This document shows, one piece after another, positions 57,081 to 64,000 of a stretch of 64,000 nucleotides of DNA. Each line of letters begins with the position of its first letter. Position 1 is the first letter of the stretch. Origin of the DNA: a virus (Duplodnaviria; Caudoviricetes); IMG/VR virus record IMGVR_UViG_3300042997_002652, positions 192,001-256,000 of that record. The stretch is one strand, 5' to 3'. The notes under the pieces were generated by a model. That model saw only the letters and a program-made list of their open reading frames with translations. It made no database searches and had not been told where the DNA came from. Made by a program: the position numbers and the translations under genes.

Positions 57081-60000
57081 ATGAGTCAACTAATTGATTT
57101 AGGAAAATTACGATTTTATTGGGCCGGTACATATAGCTCTGTAACTCAGTATGAATTAAATGACGTAGTGCGCTACGGCGGTAATGTTTATGTTTATATA
57201 AATGTTGTAAAAACTAACGGCAACGAGCCTACTGATCCAGCCTACTGGGCTTTAATGGTAGAAGGTATTAACTTTCTTGGTACTTGGAACAGTGCAACAC
57301 AATATTACATTGGCGATGCAGTTGCATATGGTTCTACTGTATATGTTGCTCTTGATGACAACCTTAACAAACAGCCAGATTTGTTCCCGCTTGTTTGGTC
57401 TCAATTCGTTGAAGGCATTCAATTTGAGGGGGAATACAGCAGTGTCACAACTTATCAAGCAAATGACGTAGTTACTTACGGTCCCTCAACATATATTGCT
57501 AAAGGTACTACTAATAATAACTTACCAACAAACGCAACATATTGGGATCCTTTTGTTGAGGGTATTTCTCCTGAAGGCGTATATAATGGCGCTACAGCTT
57601 ATGTCCCGGGCAATATTGTAGCATATGGTGCAAATCTTTATGTTGCTATAGCCAACACTACTGGTAATATACCAACAAATGCAACTTATTGGACTCTATT
57701 TATAGAATCGTTTGATAACAGAGGTGCATGGGCAACCGCAACTCTTTATTATGTAAATGATTTAGTACAGTTTGGTGCTAATAGCTATGCATGTGAAATA
57801 CAAAACACTTCAGGGGTGTTTGCAACTGACTTAGCTGCCGGTAAATGGTCTTTGTTTGTTTCAGGTTTACGCAATCGCGGCCCCTGGACTACTGCAACAT
57901 TATATCTTCCTTATGATATTGTTGTATACGGCGGAAATACTTACTCATGCTTAATACAAAATAATTCAGGAGTGTTTGCAACTGATTTAGCTGCTGGTAA
58001 ATGGGAAATATTTAACGGCGGTATTCGCTGGAGAAATGAATGGACTTCTGCTACTCCATATTTGACTAATGATATTGTTCGCAATGTAGGATCATCTTAT
58101 ATTGCTACAGAAGATTTTACTTCTGGAGGTAACTTTAATACTGAATTTGTTGCTGGCAAATGGGAGTTCTTTGCACAAGGTGCTGATGATGTACTTCCTA
58201 TCATAGGTGTAGGTGAAGAAGGATATTCTTTAACAGTAAATGCTGATGGTGCCACAATTGACTGGATCAATGCTACTGGATCACCTAATGTATTTTATGT
58301 TTCTCCGGACGGAAATGATAGTAACCCAGGTACTAGTTTAGCATTACCGTTTGCTAGTATACAAGCTGCTGTTGCCGCTGTTACTGTTGGACAAATGTCT
58401 ACAATCTTTGTCAAGACTGGTACATACCAAGAAGCTGCGCTTCCTATTGTTGTACCTCCTAACACTGCTATTGTAGGTGATAATCAACGTACTGTTATTG
58501 TTACTCCAGCAGCTGGTTTAGCTGCTGACGGAGTTACACCAAACAATCAATCCATGATGTGGCAAATGTCTAATGCGTCTATATTAAACTGCATGACATT
58601 TACTGGTATGACCGGCTGGGTTGCTGGATCTACACCAGCTGACATTACTACTTCTGTTATTAAAGGGGTGTTTGTTGGATTTAATCCTGCGTCCCCGGTT
58701 ACTAGTAAGTCACCTTACATTGTAGAATGCTCTGCAATATCCCCCGGCGGTGTTGGTGGTTATGTAGACGGATCTGCTCATGCATCCGGTAACAAGTCAA
58801 TGCTTTTCCATGCATTTACTATTATTAATGATTTGGGTATAGGATATTATGTTAGAAATCAAGGTAAAGCTGAAATAGTTTCTTGCTTTACATATTTTTG
58901 TTATTTTGGATACGCTACATCGGGCGGCGGAATTATACGAGCACTAAATGGTAATAACTCATACGGTGTTTGGGGTGTCGCTGCTCGCGGGTTTGATACT
59001 ACTGAAGTACCTCTGTTAGGTGCTCTTTATGGTACACAACTTACTGTTACTACTGACCCTATCACTACAGGGTTCACGGCGGGATTAACAGCCACTGGAG
59101 TAACATCCGGCGCCACTGCAATTATCACTAATAGACAGGCTAACGCCGCTAAACTTTATATAAAATATACAGGTGGATCACCTGTATTTGTGCAAGGAGA
59201 AGATATTACTGACGGAACAGGGAATACTCTAACTATTGTTAATAACGCTAGCGGTGTTACTGGTCAAAAAGGTGTATTACTCGTAATGAACGGTCTAAGT
59301 GCTGAACCATTACCGGGAGCAAGTATACAATTAACAGGCGATGCGTTTTCATATGTTATTCAGTCAGTATCCGGTACTTATGTTAATAGCTCAAGCATTA
59401 TGATTATAGCATTAGCTCAAGAAAAACCAGATGCGTCTCCAGACGGCACAGTAGTAACAATACGCTATAAGTATTCACAGATCCGATTAACAGGACACGA
59501 CTTTTTAAGCATAGGAACGGGCGGTATAGCTACTACTAACTATCCTAACACTCCACTTCAACCGCCTGCCCAAGGTCAAGAGGTTGAAGAAATATTCCCG
59601 GGTCGTGTTTATTATGTATCTACAGACCAAGACGGTAACTTTAGAGTAGGTGAATACTTTACAGTTGATCAGGGTACGGGTACAGCAACACTAAACGCAA
59701 ATGCGTTCAATTTATCAGGATTAACATCGTTACAACTTGGTTCTATCGGTGCTCAGTTAGGGGAAACAATTAATGAGTTTTCTTCTGATGTTACTATGGG
59801 CGGCGCCTCCCCAACTAACTTAGCCGTTCCCACTGAGTTTGCGGTTTCAGGTTTCGTGCAAGCAGAAATAGCAACACAACAAGCATATGTTGATAACCGA
59901 GTTCCGCAAGCTATTCCAACGGCAGTAGGTGAAACTGGTAAGTACCTGCTTAGTAATGGTTCTATTCCTACATGGTCCGCTCTTAGTTTAAATGAGATTG

Positions 60001-61427
60001 TTGGAGCCAGTTCAACATTTGCAAGAACGGGTACGGCTGCTACATATAGTTATTCTATTTTTTCAAACACGATTCTAACTCCTGCGACTTGGTCGCTATC
60101 TGGCACAGTTCCTTCTGGTATATCAATAAACTCCTCTACTGGTGTACTGACTATAGGTTCATCCGTATCAACCGGGTCATACTCGTATACTATTAATGCA
60201 GTTGGTGCTGAGAGTACTGGTACTCTCACTGAAACTATTTCAACAGTTGTCAATCCTGCTTATCCAGTGTTTAGTTCAACTGTTTTGCCTTCAGCAGTTA
60301 CTCCGTCTTCAGCTTTTACATCTACTGCTACACAAGCAACGGCATCATCCGGTACGGTAGTACATACGCTCACTGGAGGAACTCTTCCATCATGGGCGTC
60401 ACTAAGCTCTGCTGGAGTGCTTTCAGGAACTGCCCCGGCAAGTCCTACAGGATTTGCCGGTCCGTATACCTTTACAGTAACAGCTACTAACGGAATTTAT
60501 GTTGCTGTTAAGGCCTTTACTTGGACTTATTACTTAGGGTTGATTCAAGGTCAAAACTTATATAACTCTTCTGGTACTTACTCATGGACAGCACCAACAT
60601 CAGTTACTTCTGTTTCTGTAGTAGCTATAGGTGGCGGCGGAGCCGGCCAAGACAACTGGGCTAATCCAGCTGGCGGCGGAGCTGGATTAGGATGGAAAAA
60701 CAATATTACAGTTGTTCCCGGTACTGCGTACACTGTAGTAGTTGGCGGAAGGGGAATTAGTACTAGTAGTAGTGGCGCTACACAACTGAAAGGCGGTGAC
60801 TCTTACTTTATCTCTTTAGCTACTGTTTCAGGATACGGTGGCGGTAACAATTCTGGCTCTGGTAGTTATGCTACCGGCCCTAATGTTCGAGGTAATACCG
60901 GCGGTGGTTATGTAGGTGACGGAGGCGGACCAGGTGGACAGGCTAACAGTTCCTGGTCAGGTGGCGGCGGCGCCGGGGGATATTCTGGAAGAGGCGGTGA
61001 TGTTAATGAGACTTGGAATTACCCTACAGTTCGCGGCGCTTATGGCGGATCCTCTTATAGTTCTACTTACGGTACTGGCTCAGGCGGAGGAACAGGCGTT
61101 CTAGGCGAAACCAGTTATCCTAGTTCAGGTAATGCATTCTACAATCCGTTTACTGGCTACACCAACGTAAGTAGTTACGGAAGCGGCGGCACGGGCTTTA
61201 GTGGTGGCGGTAACGGAATGTATGGTGAAAATCCATTCAGCGGCTCGGGACAAAGTTCAGACAACATTCAAGGCGGAGATTACGGTGGTGGCGGTGGCGG
61301 TCCGGGCACTAGTTGGCCATCTTCATCTGGAAATGGCGGACTAGGCGCAGTACGTATTATATGGGGATCCGGCCGAGCATTCCCTAGTACAAATACCGCA
61401 GACGTTACACCTAGCGGCCCGGCTTAA
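57081..61427 (+). CDS. Multidomain tail fiber / receptor-binding protein (1448 aa)
   Basis: Seven N-terminal ~50-aa repeats (Y...D-x-V-x-YG-x-x-x-Y...W) resemble CBM5/12-type modules. NVFYVSPDGNDSNPG...PFASIQAA marks a pectin-lyase-like beta-helix start. Ig-like segments (LPSWASLSSAGVLSGTAP) and a C-terminal glycine-rich domain (GTYSWTAP..VTSVSVVAIGGGG) follow. A chaperone gene comes next. Confidence 0.7.
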   Translation: MSQLIDLGKLRFYWAGTYSSVTQYELNDVVRYGGNVYVYINVVKTNGNEPTDPAYWALMVEGINFLGTWNSATQYYIGDAVAYGSTVYVALDDNLNKQPDLFPLVWSQFVEGIQFEGEYSSVTTYQANDVVTYGPSTYIAKGTTNNNLPTNATYWDPFVEGISPEGVYNGATAYVPGNIVAYGANLYVAIANTTGNIPTNATYWTLFIESFDNRGAWATATLYYVNDLVQFGANSYACEIQNTSGVFATDLAAGKWSLFVSGLRNRGPWTTATLYLPYDIVVYGGNTYSCLIQNNSGVFATDLAAGKWEIFNGGIRWRNEWTSATPYLTNDIVRNVGSSYIATEDFTSGGNFNTEFVAGKWEFFAQGADDVLPIIGVGEEGYSLTVNADGATIDWINATGSPNVFYVSPDGNDSNPGTSLALPFASIQAAVAAVTVGQMSTIFVKTGTYQEAALPIVVPPNTAIVGDNQRTVIVTPAAGLAADGVTPNNQSMMWQMSNASILNCMTFTGMTGWVAGSTPADITTSVIKGVFVGFNPASPVTSKSPYIVECSAISPGGVGGYVDGSAHASGNKSMLFHAFTIINDLGIGYYVRNQGKAEIVSCFTYFCYFGYATSGGGIIRALNGNNSYGVWGVAARGFDTTEVPLLGALYGTQLTVTTDPITTGFTAGLTATGVTSGATAIITNRQANAAKLYIKYTGGSPVFVQGEDITDGTGNTLTIVNNASGVTGQKGVLLVMNGLSAEPLPGASIQLTGDAFSYVIQSVSGTYVNSSSIMIIALAQEKPDASPDGTVVTIRYKYSQIRLTGHDFLSIGTGGIATTNYPNTPLQPPAQGQEVEEIFPGRVYYVSTDQDGNFRVGEYFTVDQGTGTATLNANAFNLSGLTSLQLGSIGAQLGETINEFSSDVTMGGASPTNLAVPTEFAVSGFVQAEIATQQAYVDNRVPQAIPTAVGETGKYLLSNGSIPTWSALSLNEIVGASSTFARTGTAATYSYSIFSNTILTPATWSLSGTVPSGISINSSTGVLTIGSSVSTGSYSYTINAVGAESTGTLTETISTVVNPAYPVFSSTVLPSAVTPSSAFTSTATQATASSGTVVHTLTGGTLPSWASLSSAGVLSGTAPASPTGFAGPYTFTVTATNGIYVAVKAFTWTYYLGLIQGQNLYNSSGTYSWTAPTSVTSVSVVAIGGGGAGQDNWANPAGGGAGLGWKNNITVVPGTAYTVVVGGRGISTSSSGATQLKGGDSYFISLATVSGYGGGNNSGSGSYATGPNVRGNTGGGYVGDGGGPGGQANSSWSGGGGAGGYSGRGGDVNETWNYPTVRGAYGGSSYSSTYGTGSGGGTGVLGETSYPSSGNAFYNPFTGYTNVSSYGSGGTGFSGGGNGMYGENPFSGSGQSSDNIQGGDYGGGGGGPGTSWPSSSGNGGLGAVRIIWGSGRAFPSTNTADVTPSGPA

Positions 61428-61441
61428 TTTAGGAGAGTTAA

Positions 61442-61897
61442 ATGTTTTATATTAAATTAGATGAAAATAATAATCCAATGAATCATCCAATGTCAGGAGA
61501 CAATCTCAAAGACGTACTGGAAGTAGCTTATTTGGACGATAATGTTTTAAAAGAATTTGGATATGCAAAATTTGAACGTTTCAAAGACGCACCAAATGCA
61601 GTGACCATTCACACAACTGATTATTACATGGATACAGACGGAGTAGTCAGAAATCGGGCGTCTGTTCGTGAGTTTACACAAGAAGAGCTTATTGATCAGT
61701 TTATTAGAAGGCGCCGCAGTTATTTACTAGCAGCATGTGACTGGACTCTAGCAGTAGATAGTCCTTTATCTGCGGAGAAAAAAGAAGAATGGGCAAATTA
61801 CCGTCAAGCTTTGCGAGACCTTACATCGGTTTATAGCACAGCACAGTCGGACAGTGATGTTATTTGGCCTACTGAACCAACCAAGGGTAATTCATGA
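61442..61897 (+). CDS. Phage tail fiber assembly chaperone-like protein
   Basis: C-terminal RR..LLAACDWT...DSPLS..KKEEWANYRQALRDL...VIWPTEP is typical of tail assembly chaperones. It directly follows the fiber gene. Confidence 0.8.
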   Translation: MFYIKLDENNNPMNHPMSGDNLKDVLEVAYLDDNVLKEFGYAKFERFKDAPNAVTIHTTDYYMDTDGVVRNRASVREFTQEELIDQFIRRRRSYLLAACDWTLAVDSPLSAEKKEEWANYRQALRDLTSVYSTAQSDSDVIWPTEPTKGNS

Positions 61898-62538
61898 GTA
61901 CTTTTTTAAGTGGAATTTTTGCAACACCACTACTTATTGGAAATAGTCACGATATTGATATTCGTGAAAAAATTTGTGCGCTGGCGTTACAGTTTAGAGA
62001 GAATGCACACGATGCAAAACTAGTGTCTGAAGGATGGAATTACGGAAGATCATCTTCTTCTCAGGAAGATTTTAATCAATACGGAGTTACATCTTTTAGT
62101 TCACAGTCTCTTTTGGACGATCCTGACTGGAAAGATGTAATGACTTTTTTATATGACTTTGCTAATGCAATGATCGCCAGTGTAAATAATACAACCGGTG
62201 TTATGTCGTTTGTTAATAGCTGGGTTACGATATATCCACCGGGCACGTATATACCAGAGCATATTCATTCAAATTCAATGTTGAGTGGAGTGTTTTATGC
62301 AAAAGTACCTGAGAAAGCGGGTAACCTTTTATTTAAAGATCCTTCTGCTGTGGCTAAAACTATGTACACTCGTCACTATAATGATTTTCCTACAGTGCCT
62401 ACTATACACACTCATGTAGTGGAAGAAGGGCAAATGATTATTTTTCCTTCTTGGCTTCCTCATATGACTGAGATCAACAAGTCCCAGGATAATCGGATTA
62501 TGGTAAGTTTTAACATTAATATGATTGATCCTGAGTAA
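61894..62538 (+). CDS. 2OG-Fe(II) oxygenase superfamily protein (TIGR02466-like)
   Basis: NSWVTIY...EHIHSNSMLSGVFY...IIFPSWLPH...RIMVSFN. Confidence 0.8.
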   Translation: MSTFLSGIFATPLLIGNSHDIDIREKICALALQFRENAHDAKLVSEGWNYGRSSSSQEDFNQYGVTSFSSQSLLDDPDWKDVMTFLYDFANAMIASVNNTTGVMSFVNSWVTIYPPGTYIPEHIHSNSMLSGVFYAKVPEKAGNLLFKDPSAVAKTMYTRHYNDFPTVPTIHTHVVEEGQMIIFPSWLPHMTEINKSQDNRIMVSFNINMIDPE

Positions 62539-62635
62539 TAAAAATTAAATCACGGTTTCATTATTACTAAATAAAAAACAATCAACTAGTGTTTGGTTGT
62601 TTAACTAAGACGTAACTTTTTACCGGAGATTTTAA

Positions 62636-63181
62636 ATGTTTAACGATGCTTACTGGGCATGGGACGGTGTATTAGACAAAGCTTTTTGCGAGTATGCACT
62701 TAACCGGCTTGACTGGGATAAAGCTGACGAAGCACGAGTACGAGAGACCGGAGTCCCGGCAGATCCTTCAGTCCGAATCACGCAAGTTTTATGGGAAGAA
62801 TACACTTCTCCTATTGCAGCAGTTGCTTTTTACTATACTCATCTTGCTAATAAACTAGCAGGTTGGAAATTTCAAATTGATTACCCTCAACAAGTGCAAA
62901 TAGGACGGTACGCAAAAGATGGTCACTATGACTGGCATATTGACGCTCAATTACCTGATACTGAGGGGTTTCAACGTAAGCTAAGTTGTTCTATTCTATT
63001 AAATGATGCTTCAGAATACGAAGGAGGAGATTTGGAGATTAGAGGAGTTAAAATAGCACCACCTAAAACACGCGGCACAGTTATTGTATTTCCGTCTATA
63101 CTAGAACATCGTGTTCTTCCAGTGACGGAAGGTGTTAGGTATTCTGCTGTTTGTTGGACTATGGGGCCTGCTTTTACGTAA
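62636..63181 (+). CDS. 2OG-Fe(II) oxygenase, prolyl-4-hydroxylase/PKHD-like
   Basis: YDWHID...RKLSCSILLN...YEGGDL...GTVIVFPS...HRVLPVTEGVRYSAVCW, giving an HxD...H facial triad and an R-x-S 2OG-binding motif. Confidence 0.88.
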   Translation: MFNDAYWAWDGVLDKAFCEYALNRLDWDKADEARVRETGVPADPSVRITQVLWEEYTSPIAAVAFYYTHLANKLAGWKFQIDYPQQVQIGRYAKDGHYDWHIDAQLPDTEGFQRKLSCSILLNDASEYEGGDLEIRGVKIAPPKTRGTVIVFPSILEHRVLPVTEGVRYSAVCWTMGPAFT

Positions 63182-63287
63182 CAGACTCTAGCTATAAGTA
63201 TTAGGGCACTAGAAAAGAAAGTATCAAACGATATACGAAGATAACTATACGAAAAGAACACTGAAAATACATAGAGAAAAATGTAAC

Positions 63288-63827
63288 ATGACGTTAAAAG
63301 AACAAACTAAAGATTTACACGAAATAGCAGAAAAAAATCCATTTGCTCAACGACTTCTTTCAGGTAATATATCTAACACCGAATATGCATGTTACTTAAC
63401 TAACCTAGAACCTATTTATAATGCAATTGAAAATTTAGCAGAAAACAGTGGCATACTTATTGATGGCATAGTTCATATAAAGAGAACAGAACTAATTCGT
63501 GAAGATTTAGCAGAATTAAAGCAACTAGGAGCAAATCATTACGTAATATTTGAATCTACTTGCAGGTATGTTGATTATCTTAATCAACTTGATAAAGGTA
63601 AGATACTTGCTCACTTATATACCAGACACTTTGGTGATTTATACGGCGGGCAAATTTTAAAAACTAAAGTTCCGGGTAAGGGAAAAATGTACGAGTTTGT
63701 TGAGCGAAAAGCATTGATTGATAAAACACGTATGATGCTTAGCGATGATCTTGGACCCGAAGCACGAATAGCATTTCAATATGCGATATATCTTTTTGAG
63801 GAACTTACTAATGAGTTTAATATTTGA
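63288..63827 (+). CDS. hemO: Heme oxygenase
   Basis: LKEQTKDLHEIAE contains the proximal His, and LAHLYTRHFGDLYGGQIL is the distal helix motif of HO-1-type heme oxygenases. Confidence 0.9.
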   Translation: MTLKEQTKDLHEIAEKNPFAQRLLSGNISNTEYACYLTNLEPIYNAIENLAENSGILIDGIVHIKRTELIREDLAELKQLGANHYVIFESTCRYVDYLNQLDKGKILAHLYTRHFGDLYGGQILKTKVPGKGKMYEFVERKALIDKTRMMLSDDLGPEARIAFQYAIYLFEELTNEFNI

Positions 63828-64000
63828 TAAATTGTTACAACACGCAAGTGAATTTCAAACTATACTAAATACATTAGACCGATCTGACGAAGTACATGAG
63901 TTTCCTTGGGACAATTTGGTTTATACTTCTAAGTATATTAGGCGGGCCCACTTAGACATAGTAGACAAACGAGAAGATCGTAAATTGCTAATGATGCATT
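63811..64000 (+). CDS. Ferredoxin-dependent bilin reductase (PcyX/PcyA/PebS family), N-terminal part only
   Basis: Not in the ORF track. ATG at 63811 overlaps the hemO 3' end and is open to the window edge: MSLIFDKLLQHASEFQTILNTLDRSDEVHEFPWDNLVYTSKYIRRAHLDIVDKREDRKLLMMH. The W-x-N...S...RRAH(L/I)...MMH pattern plus adjacency to heme oxygenase support the call. Confidence 0.75.
   Translation, partial: MSLIFDKLLQHASEFQTILNTLDRSDEVHEFPWDNLVYTSKYIRRAHLDIVDKREDRKLLMMH

Noticed and set aside
62576-62602. Hairpin AAACAATCAA/TTGGTTGTTT upstream of the second oxygenase as a riboswitch
   Set aside because: It is a single AT-rich stem right after a TAAATA motif, consistent with a 5' stabilising hairpin or weak terminator. 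No aptamer-like features are present.
2545-63261. Many short ORFs antisense to or overlapping long genes (e.g. 2545-2760, 14702-14941, 20038-20370, 24196-24582, 37039-37437, 51436-52152, 53095-53727, 54398-54748)
   Set aside because: They lie wholly within well-supported genes, and their low-complexity sequences (PVAPVAP, KLAVL) mirror the real gene's repeats. They have no independent motifs.
63288-64000. Calling the phage a cyanophage from the heme oxygenase/bilin reductase genes
   Set aside because: Such cassettes also occur in phages of non-cyanobacterial hosts, and no psbA, hli or cpeT-type genes are visible here. The host cannot be determined from this window.

Overview
This window is a 64-kb segment of a large, AT-rich, T4-like tailed phage genome read in the standard genetic code; there is no sign of host chromosome. 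It has four parts. (1) 1-30.5 kb, minus strand: a baseplate/tail module with gp48/54-like, gp53-like, hub, gp5-like, gp25-like and gp6-like genes, a 6265-aa repeat-rich protein in the gp7 position, and small downstream genes. (2) 30.6-35.2 kb, plus strand: a gp55-like late sigma factor, the gp47/gp46 recombination nuclease and a Holliday-junction-resolvase-like nuclease. These are followed by a ~490-nt non-coding, densely base-paired element that is the best candidate for an undescribed large structured RNA. (3) 35.7-48.5 kb: gp51/gp26-like genes, a tape-measure-like protein with a GH24 lysozyme domain, the head module (gp20, core proteins, gp21, gp22, gp23), a free-standing HNH/NUMOD3 endonuclease, a QueC-like gene and a degenerate HNH protein. 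(4) 48.6-64 kb: a cluster of fiber/appendage proteins (three share an N-terminal motif; one is a Gly-Ala-Thr collagen with a cupredoxin-like domain), a fiber chaperone, two 2OG-Fe(II) oxygenases, a heme oxygenase, and the start of a ferredoxin-dependent bilin reductase that the ORF track missed. TAAATA late-promoter-like motifs precede most structural genes. All assignments come from motif recognition and synteny by eye; no searches or folding programs were run.
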